Source: Antedon mediterranea (taxonomy: Eukaryota > Animalia > Echinodermata). Taken from it: 64,000 nt of DNA. The translations under genes were made by a program, and so were the position numbers. Below are positions 35,401-50,400 of this stretch, piece by piece. The notes beneath the pieces are model-generated. The model searched no databases, was not told the origin of the DNA, and worked only from the letters and a program-made list of their open reading frames with translations. The stretch covers positions 9,052,001 through 9,116,000 of the forward strand of contig NC_092674.1 of the NCBI RefSeq assembly GCF_964355755.1. Direction: 5' to 3'. Numbering within the stretch: position 1 is the first letter of the stretch; each line of letters opens with the position of its first letter.

Positions 35401-38400
35401 AGAATGCATGGCACTGCATATTTTTAACTTTAGTTAACCAAAAAGTAGCTTAGTAGTATAGCTTTAATAATAGATTTATGCACTATCTGGATTTTTTTTA
35501 ATATCGCAGGAAACTCAAGTACGATTAATATCAGAAGGTCTGCATTTTTCATGAAAGCGAAAACACTGAAAAATCTTGCATAAAAGTTTATTTTTCCACA
35601 TAGAAGATACCATACCTGGTTTAATTAATGTTCTATTGAAGTAATCTTACAAAAGATCTTACAAAATATATATGTATCAAAACATGTAAAAAAAGCCACC
35701 ACAGAATCACAAAACACATGCCCAATTTAAAATCAGCCCTGCTCTGTTATAATGCTAGTAGTAGTAGTTGACAAATAGGTTATTAAAAGCCCTGTTTACT
35801 TACCGGTCTTCCCGAGTTTCCTTTGGCTCCTGGCATACCAATCATGCCCTGTTCACCCTTAGCTCCTGAAGGACCTCGTTGGCCTGGCTCGCCATTCAAA
35901 CCCCTTGGACCAGTGTTACCATTTTCTCCTGTAGTTCCTGCCAATTATTTAAGTTAATGATAGTTTAAAAAAATTTAACTTTGGTGTGTAATAAACTACT
36001 ACATATACTCTGATGTCATCATAAAACATGCCTTTGTTGCTATTAATTCCCAGATTTCTATACTGGCCTATCATTCAATCAATCACTGTATTATTAGTAC
36101 TGTATTACACTATTTCATGAAGAAAAATAATTACATTTGATTTTTGGTTAAACTCAAGCAAACAACTTGATTGAAACTGCAAAATGGCCAATTCAAAGTC
36201 TGATTTTATTAATCTTCATTTTTTATTCATACACTATTTCAGATAAGTTATAGATATCTTGACTGCTTACCTCTTTCACCCGGAGCTCCACGTGAACCTC
36301 CTATACCTCCTAGACCATTCAATCCTGGTTGCCCCTTTTCTCCCACAGGACCAGGTAATCCAGTCTCTCCCAAAGGCCCAGCTGGTCCATCACTTCCTGG
36401 TTCACCATCCTCTCCATTTGGACCACGTTGACCATTTCTACCAGAATTACCTGTATCAAAAGAAATTTGAATATGAACTTCTTGATAATAGGAAGCTTTT
36501 GATTTGTGATGACTGACAACCAAACAATGGCATGTTAGTTCATTGTGCACATAAAGGAATATTGGGACATGTATCCTCGCTCATCGGTTTAAGACAGATT
36601 TGATGGTTTCTAGGTCCAGGCAACAACAGACTGTTGGCCTGACATAGGTTAGTCACAGTCTTTGCAAAGCAAAACACCATTGAGGTAAGCACTAGCCAGT
36701 CTGAGTGGGGAAAGGAATGTTTGGTGAATATGGCACTTTGCATTATTCATTTGCATAAATCTAATTTGAGTATAGTACATGAGTTGGTCACATTTACGCA
36801 TTAAGTTTATGCTGCATACGTTTAATTTATTCATTTATTATTATCTTTTGGATTTGAACGTTTTTCTATTATCACTATCTCCATTTGGAAGAGTAAAGTA
36901 TTAGTCAATATTACTACCTGGAGCACCAGCTATTCCTCTTGGTCCCCTGTCTCCTTTTTCTCCTGGGCTCCCGTTAAATCCTGGTTTTCCCGGGATTCCA
37001 ACAGATCCTTTGTTCCCTGGTTGTCCTGGTAATCCTGCTGGTCCATCATTTCCAGGCATGCCAATTCTACCAATCTCTCCTAAACAAAAGAAGACCAAAC
37101 ATCATTAGAATCAGCATTTATTTCAAAACTAATATACAAAACTATTTTGTAATTTTTTCTATTGTATAATCAATGTGAACCAAAAAAGTAAAAAGTATTG
37201 TTAAGCATTATTCCTCAGAGCATAGAATGAAAATACAAACAAAAAAACATTGAAGGGAAACAAACTTAAGTTTCACTAGAAATTACAATCTACAATTCGT
37301 CTACATTAAAGTGAAGTCAAGTGGCCAAGCGGTTAAGGCAGGGGCACAGCATACCATTTGCACAGGTTTAACGCACTCTATTGTTCTGGTGGTAGAACAA
37401 GTTTTCTTAGATAAAGACTTAAAAACTGGAGGTCCAGTGTGCACTTTAAAGAATCCATTTATATCTTTCAGAGTAGGGGGTTACCCAGGTGTACTGGTCC
37501 ATGCAGTCCCTGTTGTGGACAGATGAAGAGGTGCCGTTTGATGCCAGCACTCGACACGAAGGGATCCTTAGGGGAGTAGAAAGTTGTGGTATGTGTTGTC
37601 ACACCACACACAATTAAGCCCAGTATGCTGCAAGTCGCAGGTTATTCTTTCATTTACATTTACGAGAAATTGCAAATTCAAACATTTTTAGCTTACAGTA
37701 GTTCATTCATCAGATATTCTACAAGACCAATTTTTGAAATGTTAAATTAATTTAATTAAAATGTACCAACTAAATTAAAAGTTACCCTTTTCTCCTGGTT
37801 GTCCATTGTTTCCTGGTCGGCCAGAATTTCCTGGCTGTCCTTTTAGGCCTGCTGGTCCAATTACACCCTTTTCACCTAAAAAACACCACCAAAATAAAGT
37901 ATGTTTCTTACTAAAACTGTAAGATAAAGTTTTTGTTTTCATTCTAAGTCAAGGTTTTTTTTCCCTTGCTAATGATGAAAATTAAGCAGTGTAAATATCA
38001 TGTATCTTTGATCTGACAGGACGAATTGTACAGTCTTAAGCCTACAGCCAAAATGTTTACACTGGGGTCTTTTTTCCACAAAAAGTGTAAGCATAAGCAA
38101 CTGAAGAAGGCCTAGCTTAAAAGTATTTTGCCTCCTGGCTAAAAACAATTGAAAAGGAGGTTCTTTTGAATCATATGAGTCTATTGCATTTCCAGTGTAC
38201 AACAGACAATAGTATGGTAAATAATTTTAGTTTCTATAATTACTAAAGATTCAATTAATAAAAACATATTATCATGAAATTTGTTAATGTAAAAAGTGTC
38301 CTTACCAACTTGACCTGGGAATCCCATAAGACCTGGCCTTCCCTTTGTACCTGGCTGTCCCTGGAATCCATTATCACCTGGTTGACCATCTCTTCCTATT

Positions 38401-41400
38401 TCTCCCTTTTCACCCATTTGACCTCTCCCTCCAGCAACACCAGTTAAGCCAGGCACACCAGCATTTCCTGTTCATAATTGCATAACATAGCAAGGTAAAC
38501 ATATAGTATTTATAAAGATATTACCTGCTTAGAGGTGTAATATAACATTTGAGATCCACCAAAGGAACTCTTTTTTTCTCCAACTATGTCTATGAAGATC
38601 AAAGGTTTTCTCAAAACCTGGATTGTAAATTTATATACATTATAAATAAAATAATGATTTAGACATTGTTAAATACTGACGCACAATATTAATTCATGTG
38701 AGGAAGTTGAGACATGTTTTTTCCTTCCTTACCTTGACCCAGTTTTAGTGGTTTTTAAGTCCAAACAACGACCGGCAAAAGCTCCATACTATGGGTTCCT
38801 TTATGGAATGCCCTTGGAAACTTTCTGAGCACAACCTGGCCTCCTCAATGACAACATTTATATATAAATACTACTACGTACCCTTTTCGCCAGAGATTCC
38901 TCGTATTCCTGTCGGTCCCCGTTCACCTGGAATGCTATCTCCTGGTGCGCCAGGTGAGCAAAAGCCATTTTCTCCTTTTTGACCTATAGAAAAATAAAAT
39001 AAAAATATAAGAAATAAAAGATGACAAGTATTATGTTATCTACAATTCCTCTAATAACAAAATGTGGCACATGAAATTGAAATCAGACATTAGCCAGAAT
39101 TTTCAAAATTCATATTTCCACAAATACTGAAACTACATAATCCAAGATTTAAAATTCTGAACAAAAATATCTTGATACCATGTCTACTTCCAGACATATC
39201 ACAGTCTAAAGTTTTGGCTGTTACAATCAGTGTTTTGAGAAAAATGCTTTTTAAGTTAAGTAACAGGAAATGACAAATACTAAAAAATAAACATTCTAAT
39301 TGTTTGATTTGAATGAAACTTCGCACCTTTGTTAATTAACTATTGTTCTATTATTATGCAAACTTTTCAACAACCCACTGGAACATTTTCAGTTTAAGCA
39401 TAAAACATGATAGGTTTTATGAAAATCATACATAATTTACACCATCTTTTTAACCAATATGTTAAAATTTATTTATTCATTTGTCTCAAAATAGAAAAAC
39501 ACCAAGGAAATGTAAATAAATACTGTTTCAGCTATCATTTTCTGTAAAAAAAAAAATAAAAATGTAATTTTCAACCCTTTATTGTTTTTGGCTGTCTCTA
39601 CAAATCTACACATGCGACTTATATCCGATGTCACTTACATGTGCCACAAATACAGTATAACGTATATCCTCGAGTATCCTATTTCAGGTCTAATTCTACC
39701 ACCTACTTTACGTGATTTCACAAACGGGCATATCCTCAAGAACAGTCAGTATTGACTTTCGATCTGCATGTAGCCAGTTTAGATGGGTTTTTAAATCCTT
39801 ACAAATCATTTTATTCCCGAAAACCAGGATGGGTATAATCTCACCCCTCAAAGTCAGCTTAATTTCATACTATTGTCTGCATTTTGAATCAGATACTAAA
39901 TTGAAAGTCATATACGGTAAGCTAATTGTGATGGGCGGTTGACGAGGTCACTTAATTTTCCTTGTAGTACGCATTTTAAGAAGCACCTTTATAAACAACT
40001 AGCCAAGTATCGTAGCTGAACTACCAAATCAAACTGAGGAGATGGAAATAGCTCGGACATTTGAAAACAAAAAAGCAAATTACAACAGTAGAATTGCACC
40101 GACAGAAGCCGTGGCAAGAAAGCAGCAGATGACAACTAGAATTGCATTGACAGAGGCAGTGGCAAGAAACCAGCAGATAACAACAGTAGGATTGCACTGA
40201 CAGAAGCAGTGGCAAGATAGCAGCAAGACAATAGTAGAATTGCACTGACAGAGGCAGTGGCAAGAAACCAGCAAGACAACAGTAGGATTGCACTGACAGA
40301 AGTAGTGGTAAGAAACCAGCAAGGCAACAGTAGGATTGCACTGACAGAAGCTGTGGCAAGAAAGCAGCAAGACAACAGTAGGATTGCACTGACAGAAGCA
40401 GTGGAAAGAAACCAGCAAATGACAACAGTAGAATTGCACTGACAGAAGCCGTGGCAAGAAACCAGCAAGACAACAGTAGGATTGCACTGACAGAAGCAGC
40501 GGCAAGAAACCAGCAGATGACAACAGTAGGATTGCACTGACAGAAGCAGTGGCAAGAAACCAGCAAGACAACAGTAGGATTGCACTGACAGAAGCAGTGG
40601 CAAGAAACCAGCAGATGACAACAGTAGAATTGCACTGACAGAAGCAGTGGCAAGAAACCAGCAGTTGAGAACAGTAGAATTGCATTGACAGAAGCAGTGG
40701 CAAGAAAGCAGTAAGACAACAAAAGGAGGATTACACTGACATGGCAACTGGAATGGAAAAGAAAGAGAGACGCAGAAGGACAAAAGAAGAGAAACAGAGT
40801 GGAATTATATATTGAGGCAGAAGCAGTAGCAAGAAACCGGGAGAGATTGAGAGAATATGATCAATCAATCAATCATAAAAAATTTATTTCCACAAAATGG
40901 TGGTGTCACCTAGAAAGCATATGCTTTTGTTAAGGACGCCATTAACAAAACAGACAAAATATGGGCTGATGTGCCACTGGAAACGAAAAGGATAGGTGAG
41001 ACTAACATTGTACCATTTAAAGAATCTCACCTTCTTAGGAATTTTCCCTAAGCTAAATGTAGCTACATAAGTTTACCTTTAATTGATTCACCAGGTCTTC
41101 CATTCAAACCAGGTTCTCCAGCATCTCCAGGCGAGCCTTGATTACCCTCTAAACCTGGTGAGCCAGGGGGGCCTTGAAAGCCTTTTGGTCCCTCTGGTCC
41201 ATTTAGACCTTCATTTCCCTTACTACCCTAAATTAAGATATACAAATTAGATGTATTATTTACAACTTACAATTGTTTGTGTGACACATATATAATATAA
41301 TTGTTTTCTTTTGGTGTACAGTAGACATAAGAAATAAATATCGGCAACAATTATATGGGTTCTACCCAGATTTATTAGAAAACTAGATTTCTCAGTTTCT

Positions 41401-44400
41401 GTAGCAGATGAAGTGAATGAATAAGAGAAACAATCAATGAACATGAATTTTATTTATTTCCATTCATAGATCAATGGGAAGTTTATCTAAAAATCAGTAG
41501 GGTACTGTTCTAGCAATCTTTCACTAGATTACATGGACTCCTAGTCTGGGCTCCAGACGGAGTTTTTTCTTAATATTAGTAAAAATATAAATATTTTTGC
41601 ACATATGGCGTTTCATACGTGTATTACTTGAGTTTGGATACTCCATCTGGGGAAACACGCAAAAGTCACGTGGTTTGACACCAATAATTCTTGGTGCATA
41701 GATTATCCGGTTGACTAGTTTCAGCTGCATGCGATTGGCTACTCACTCAAAGACTCAACAACTAAGATGGTACGCATGCGCTATGTTACGTTTAGACAAT
41801 CAATGTACTTGGGTACATCATGGATTAAAGAATAGAAATCCATGGGTACATTGATGAAAGTTTCTGAAGGCTAGAAATGATTTTATATATCTAGTAGTAG
41901 TCTGGTAAACATTTGATGGGATTTTTCCCAAGAACATGAAAACTCGTCTTGCTTCTCCGCAAATCGAACATTGAATGGATCATTTAATATAACGCGGAGA
42001 TAATTTGATTTAATTCCCACCCAGACCCTGTCCTGTTCTGTGGGATACAGATCACTCCGGCCGCGCTTCAATCCGGCCGCGATTTATTCCGGCCGCAGCT
42101 ATGGAGCGCCCAATGAGTCTTTTACAACCGAGACACGTTTTTTTGTAGAGAATCAAAATAAACATTTGTAATCATACAGTATATTTTTTCTCTTTCAGGA
42201 TCACAACAACATCGCAAGTGTTTTAAATTAGGTCTAATGCTAAAACAAAATAATTTATGTGTTTTATCCAATGTAATAGGCTAGTAGTATATTAATTGTA
42301 ATGTGATTAATTAATGTAATTTATTTATGTACCCTATATGTCATATTATTTTTATCATATATAAATTAAAATATAAAGTCATTGTAAATTGGACTGTACA
42401 AAAATAATATATTAATTCTTGATAAATTCCAGGTAACATTAATTAGACGGATATTTGATTATTTGAAATAAATTAATTCATATTGTAAATATTGTTATTA
42501 ACTATAACAAACATCAATAATAATTGATTATTTGAAATAAATTAATTAATATTTTACATATTGTTATTAACTATAATTAGTAAGTATGGGTACTGGCAAG
42601 ATAAAGTGTTAAAAAATAAGGGTTTTAACTAATTTTTAATGTTAATAAATGTAAAGCTATAAAAATAAATGTACATAGAAAGAAATTAAATATTGTTATT
42701 CAACCATTAATTAGACGGGTATTTGATTATTATTTTATTATTGAATTTAATTAAGTTAAGTTTAGTTTGAAAGAAAAAGCAGTTCCAACTTCTTTGAATG
42801 TTATTGTTAATGAAAAAAGTAAAATTGTTGCTAATAAATATTCAACTAGTTCCATTTAAATTCACCAAGAATTTGTTATAACACTGAATTGAACAGTATA
42901 GAAAACGTAGATATTGGCGCTCCATACTAACGGCCCCTTTGCACAGGAAGTCGAATTGAATAGCAGCCGGAGTGCATACATCGTGCTAAACTGATACGGC
43001 GGCCGGAGTGAAGCGCGGCCGGAGTGATCGGCTACCCTGTTCTGTGTAGTGGTGTCGTAGCCCTGTCTGTTGTGTGTGAATCCTGTTGTGTGCCGGTGGT
43101 GGTATGTAGGCCTACCTCTTATTGGCGTTTTATTTGGCAGGTCATGTGTGAGTTGAGTAGGACCTACGAAGGAGGCCTAGGCTAAGGACTAAAAAATTAA
43201 TAAACAAACAACTTGGCAACACGATTTCATATTTCAACAGTCTCAATTGTACATTCAGCACTGTACGTACTCGATCTTTTTCATTTTGAAACAAAATGAT
43301 CATTGGTTGATTTGAAATCCATATTTACATACCGCCCGCCCCATATAGCCAAAAACGGTATGATAACCTACGTCATTCTTATCAGATGTTTGCGGTCTGC
43401 AAATCGATTTCTATACGTGTTTCAAAAGTCTGTATTTTCAGACGAAAGTCGCGGTCGAAATAAAAACAAATAAATAAAAAAAAAACAATACAGACTTGGG
43501 GCAAGTCTAATGGACTCCATATGCAGTCAGTGGAAAAATGGCAAAATTCTTCCTACTTCCTACTTCTAGGAGTTTTTTGTGGTTTAGTTATCAAATAGTC
43601 TACAGTGCTGATTTTGCCATTTTTCCCTAACAGAACCATGAAAGCAACTGGATCATATCATGCAGAATACACTAAGAAGAATGCTATGTATGCAAATAAT
43701 ATTATGTTATAAAAAAAATTGTGCTACTTACACAGTGTATCATATTCACAGTTACTAAATACCGACTGATTTTTTTTTTTTGTGAAATTTGGATACATTT
43801 TAAAGATATTTTAATTATTCTAGACTCATTCATTTTTTGTATATTTTGCCCATTTGGTTGTTGTGCCACACCTATTCAGGGACAGAAACTATTGGCCTCC
43901 TTTGGCAATCCTTTTATGGTGCAATAACATTCTTAAAATAAATTTTTATGAGATAAATAACAAACACAACCTAAAACTGACTTATTCATATGATGTCTAA
44001 TATCGAATGAATGAATGATAATGTACCTTTTCTCCTCTAACTCCATCTTTGCCAATATCACCATCATCACCTCTAGGTCCTTGAGCACCAGACAGCCCTC
44101 TAATACCCTGCGGGCCAGGTTCACCCTTAGGGCCTACATCCCCCATTGTAGAGTCACCAGGCGCGCCACGTGGACCCCGAACTCCTGTTGGGCCTGGTAT
44201 ACCCAATTCTCCTTTTGCACCTGTATATCCTCTGAGCCCTACAAACACAATTACTTTTTTTTTAATGGGATTAGGGGTTGAAACATTGGTTAGTATAACA
44301 TTTGAGGTATACCATGGTACAAGCTAACAAAATAGAAAATAAAAGGACAGTGTTATCTATTTTATTGGAAAATTCCACCAATTGATTGATCTTTTTTTAA

Positions 44401-47400
44401 TTTTATTTTTAAAGTGGGGTTAAGCAGGATTAGAGTAATCTACTCTAAAATTATGAATAAAAGTCTTGAGGTCTGGCAGTATAATATTTTGTATCATTAT
44501 TAATTAAAGAACATCCTAGGACTTGAAGATATAATGTTCACCTGCAAAAAAATTATTTTGTTAATCTTTTGTTGTGGATATGCCAATTTAATGTCCCATA
44601 AAAATTATTGTACTTATAACACAAGAATCTCATGTTCGTTCGATGTCCATTCAAAACACAGTATCGGAAGTACAGGGTTAAAAGGTCAAACTGGGCTATG
44701 CCATTTCACAGCATGGAGCAGCGCCCTCTCCAAACTAGGAAGTCAAAACTTGGTTAAAACTATTAATTACCAGAGGGCTCATGTCTCTGTACATGAATAT
44801 ATTACATTGTTAATACAAAACATAGTAAAATTCAGTCTTTTCAAAACTAAAATTATTATTATTATTTTTATATGATGATCAACTACAAAAATAAACTAGT
44901 TAATCAAAGCAGTTTTGCATAATTGTTTTATTTGAAAACACTTAATTCAATCAAATATGGGCCTATAATAAAGGGCATAATAACAATTAAAGTATTAATT
45001 TAAAAAAACTTAAAGAAATTATTGGAACAAAATTTGAGCCTGTTAGGACAGAACAAATTTACACGTGTAATGGTCGCATGTGGTGTAAATTTTGAGATAA
45101 ACTAGCTGTTTAAAAAATCTATCTCATGAGGTAGACTTTTCAATTACACCTTAAAGACCCCTTCCCTGCAATTTTGGACGTTTTTTGGAAAATAATACAT
45201 ATATATCACTTTAAAAACATTAAACCATGTCATTCCTTGTCTTAAATGTACGTTTTATGGTAAATTATGATAAAAAGTGAGAAACAATGCACTACCTAGT
45301 AGCTCGCGGCGATCGACCTCTCGTGGACGGTCTTAGGCCTAGCCTAGCTAGGCTTAGTTTTGTAGGCCTAGCTGGTAAACATCGGTAGCGTACGAACATC
45401 GTACGCTAGCTATATACCTAGCCTGACGTTGTATAGTTGCTGCATTAATTGTCTTTCTATTTTTGCCAGACTCCGTTGATACAAATTGGGGAAAACCCGG
45501 TATTTTCGCTGAAAAGTTAGGAGTCTTCCATTTGTTTTGGCTTCACGATCGATCGAAAAGTGGGCGAATTACAGGTGAAAAACAAAAACATCAATCCGCG
45601 CGCAATGCATTTTGGGATTTATAGCGGGCCGCTATAATTATTAGAATCGATTTATTTTTCACATTTTTAACCGTTTAAAGACGAAACAAGTTATCGCAAT
45701 AGGACCATATAGTATTATTTTTACATTAAATATAGTTTGTGATCTTAAATTAGATCTAAAAAACGTAGGGAATGGGGCTTTAAATTAGATCTAAAGAACG
45801 TAGGGAAGGGGGCTTTAAACCGCAAGCTGATTAACTGCAAGATATAGAGAAATTTGATCTTAACAGTGTAAAGAGATGCATGAAATATGACCCCTGCTGG
45901 GTATTTTTCTTTTAGTTTACACGTGTAAATTGTTCATCGTCCGAATGATCACTGATTACACAATGTAAAGTTACACATGTAACTGATTTTACATCTGAAC
46001 ACAGGCAAAATATGGTATAAAATCCGTAAACTACATATTTGTATCCTTAGCATAAAAGAAAATTGTAAATTTTTTTAGTGCTTTTTTATGTCCTGTCATC
46101 TCCTCTACAGTAAAGCAAAGATTTTGAATTTCTAATTTGTTGAGGGCGCACTACTCAATGGCTTTAATAGTGAATTAAACAACACATCAAAAACAAGCAG
46201 TCCAGCTTAAGGAAACAATTATACATCAATGTCACTCATTGAAATTATCAATGCATTAAAACATCAAAACTTTCTCTCAATAGGTGTCCCAAAGGTAAAG
46301 TTTTTCTGCTACCCATATATCGACACGATGATGTCATATTACTACCATATTTGGGCACATCACAGTGTAGAATAGAGCTTTTATTTATTTTATTTATTTT
46401 ATTCATTTCGGCAATAAACATAAATAATAATTACAAAAAAAAAAACATAAAAATATATATATATATATATGAAAAACAAGACACGAGGCCGAGGAAAGAC
46501 AAAAGCATTAAACAAACGCTGTCACCGGTAAGGTGTGTCTCTCCAACAAGCAATAAGTAAAAAAAAAGAAGGCTTACCTTGCACACCTCTGTTACCCTTT
46601 TCACCCTTTCTACCAGGATCACCTACTTCACCCTTCACTCCAGGAGAACAGCCTTTTACTTCTACTCGTTCTCCTTGAAAACCTATATAAAAAGAACACA
46701 TAAAACTGTAATTCAAAAGCTCTAAAATCGTGTGATGGATCAAAATGATGGAAAGTTACATAATCTATTTCAGTGGCTAAACTTGGTTGGTTGCAATACA
46801 GGTACTTGGCTTGTTGTACTACATGTACTTGATTGGTTGTACTACAGTTGAAAAAAAAAATAACCTTTTGAACCCTTCTCTCCAATAGAACCTTTAGGTC
46901 CTCGCAGTCCCTGGTCTCCTTTCTCTCCAATTCCTTTTTCTCCTTTTAAGCCAGCAGGACCTGGGACTCCTCTTTCACCTGGTGCTCCAGCGCTTCCTGG
47001 TTGACCCTCTTCTCCTTTTGGTCCAGGAGGACCCTTTAATCAAACAAAAAGGAATTAAATAAATTGTGTACTTTTTAAATTTTAACGTAATTTTCCTACT
47101 CTAATTCTCTGAAAAACCTCCAGGACCGCTGGACATTCCTATCTAGAGGACATCCTATGAAGGGGAAACTTTCCTGTTCAGGGGTCAATATTATGTTTGT
47201 TGAGTGTCCCCTTAATAGGGATTCTAATGTAATAATAGTCTAATAGTACACATGCATCGACAATTTAAACAAAATTTCAATTTGTGTAAAGGGGTTCAGA
47301 TCTCTCTTTAGGCTTTATTGTTTAAAACTCCTATCTAAAGATTTATATTATAGCTATACTTGATTTGAATGGAGCGATTAAGGCGGGTACCGAAAATGTC

Positions 47401-50400
47401 AGAAAATCAAGGCTGTCTTTGACCATAATTGTGAAGGTCCATCTGCAGTTTAATAAACCTGGTGCATCTTTTAGAAGAGTAGGATTTTACACCAGTGTAC
47501 TAGTCTATCTCAGCCCCTGGTAGACTCTGAACTGTGGCTGCTGTGGGTCTGTTGATTCGAATTTCTTTAATTGGGTATGAATAAAGTAAGAAAAAAAGAA
47601 ACATGCTTTCTTGTGGTAATTTCTTGTGTGAGCAGTATCTTACATTTTTAAGGTTGCTAGGTTGTGCTTGTCCTGGCAATCCCCGTTGACCCTTTACGCC
47701 TGTTTTTCCCATACCTCCTTTACTTCCCTTTTCTCCCACTGGTCCTATTTCTCCCTTTGGTCCTGTTTCTCCCCTGATACCTTGTGGTCCATCATTTCCT
47801 TCGATACCTGTCTCACCCTAGCAAACAACAAAAAAAGAATAATATTTTAGTTCTATGGTATGTATGTATATAAAATATGTATCATTATTTCGATTCAAAT
47901 CAGCGTTCAAAATGACAGAGATGTGAAGAAGAAGAAGAGCTCTTTACTTACCTTAACTCCTGATGACCCTTTTTGACCAAGACGACCAGGATTCCCTCTT
48001 GAACCTTGGTTTCCAAGTTCACCTTTCTGTCCTGGACCTCCAACCGGACCACTCCTTCCTGGTGTTCCTGGTTCTCCCCTCGGACCATCATTTCCTGGTC
48101 TGCATGTACCACAAGGCTCTCCCTTAGATCCTAAAATTATCATTTTAATTAACATTTCTGACACATCATAATTCACATCAAATTTATCCCACAGTAATAT
48201 AAGAAAGAAGGAGTTAAAATTTAAGTTAAAAAACAACTACACCTTTTCAACATATTTCCATAGACTTGTTTGTTCTGTACTTATAACCTACCTTGTTATG
48301 TTGTAGTATTAAATACAAATGAAAATTTTAAATTTTGGTGATGTTCCCAGATTTCCTGTTATTCATGTCAGCATTATTGCTAGGTGTTTAAAACAAACAT
48401 ACCTGAAAAACCGATAGACCCAGTCACACCTTTTCGTCCTATATCACCAGATTCACCTTGTGGACCAGGTTCTCCTCTATCTCCTTTAGGTCCAATAGCT
48501 CCTGTGTAGTCACCTGACTCACCCTTAGGGCCTAAGAATATTTAATCAACATTTTTTTTGAATAAGATTATTTGTGTAGGATGTACACAAGACTTATATA
48601 ACTTTATTTATTCATACAGTTTATTCAATATATTGTGTATTATTTAATTCATTTTGTTTAATAATAAGTATGATAAATTTTGGAGGATTTATGGTCTGCA
48701 TAAAATAAAAATAGATGATTTTCGGTACTGTATCTATAATTTTTACAGTATCATAAGCTCAGTTTATGATGCAGTATCACAATTTATGTTGGTTACATTT
48801 CATTGTGATACGAAAACACCTACCAGTCTCTCCTTTATACCCTCGAACTCCTCTTGCCCCTAGTGGTCCAATTGGGCCTTGAGCTCCATCCATTCCTTTA
48901 TCACCCTTAATTGAAGTGCCTGGAGTTCCCTGTTCACCTCTTATTCCTACAAATCCCTTTTCTCCAGGTTGTCCAGGCATGCCATCCATTCCACTGAGAC
49001 CTAGTTAAAATGAACAAATATTAATAGCCTGTCCCAATAAGCACCTGTAAATGAGAACACATTCTGAATTTACTTACCTATGTGTACTGGACATAAAGTA
49101 CTCTGGCAAAAAAATTTGGTTAAGAGACTACATCACAGGAACATTTATACTTAAATTATATAGTAATCTTCTTACTCACCTGGTATACCTGGTTCACCTT
49201 TCTCTCCATAACCTGGTCGTCCTGGTTCACCCTTCCCTCCTTGAAACCCCTGAGGACCAGGATTTCCAGTTCGTCCAGCAGAACCTTCAAATTGAAATAA
49301 TTATTAATAGATTTAATAAATAATAAATACATAGTCTTCGGAAAAGACATTAATGCTCAAATCTCACATGGGCCTACAGAACTCAAATGTTAATGTATGT
49401 ATAGCGTATTCTACAATGTCTGGCGATGTGAACTTATGTTACACTTTTTAAGTACATGCTTCCTCTCTAATGGTCATCTCATGTCGGTGCTGCCAACTAC
49501 AGCACTATTTCATCTGTCAACAACAGTGGCTATGTGAGCTAGTACACCGGAATAACCTCTACTCATCTCAAAAGATGTACTAGGTATTTTAAAGTGCAAA
49601 GCTTTTACCAATTTTATATGTAAATCTCTCGCAATTCAGTTTTATTTTATATATACTGCAAAGAGAAATATTGAATAAAAGCAGAATGAATGAAATGACC
49701 TTTGTGCGTACACAATTTCTATAATTCTATAGTACTCATCCACATCATGATTTTGAAGACTGACCTTTGAAATACACTGTTCACAGGTTCTAAAGAAGTT
49801 CAGCAGTAACAATTACATATTCATCTTTCTATACAACACAAAATTATACTTACCCCTATCTCCTTTATCTCCACGTTCTCCAGTTTCTCCTCGTTCTCCT
49901 TCCCGACCCTGGGGTCCTCTTTCACCTTTTTCGGCTTTGACACTTGCATCCACAACCAACACTCGTCCCTAAAGGAATATAAATTAATACAATTTAAATC
50001 TAAACTAATTTTTGCTATTGAATTTTTCATTCAAATATGTTTTGAAAAACACAAACATAATCATTAATGGAATTATGCATGTTAATTAATGTGTTTGTGG
50101 TGTGAACATGTTCTTTGATTGGATGAGTTAAAGGAGAAGATCAAGTATAAGTAGACTTGAAATGGAAACTAGTACAGATTCAGACTAAAGTGGGGGCTGA
50201 AAAGAGAGGAACCAAAAGCCATAATACTTACCGGAGGACCTTCAGGTCCAACTCGGCCTTTATCACCTTTACCTCCTTTTTCACCCTGTGTAAAAACAAA
50301 GAAATAGTTATTAAATATTATCAGGGCTAGAAATTTTCAATCCACTCCATTCGATTTTAATACTCCAACTATAAAGCAAGCATTGATAGACTAAAAAGTA

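Noticed and set aside
38097-38131. Possible hammerhead GCAA-CTGAAGA-AGGC-CTA-GCTT-AAAA-GTATT-TTGC
   Set aside because: GAAA core is broken, stem II is weak and there is no associated repeat context; could be chance.
40021-40783. Three overlapping Cys-rich ORFs resembling metallothionein or keratin-associated proteins
   Set aside because: All three minus frames give the same permuted peptides from a 58-61 bp tandem repeat inside a collagen intron.
20936-49286. Five AAG splice acceptors (20936, 33359, 33841, 47033, 49284)
   Set aside because: Still canonical AG; the modest excess is plausible in an AT-rich genome and cannot be tested here.
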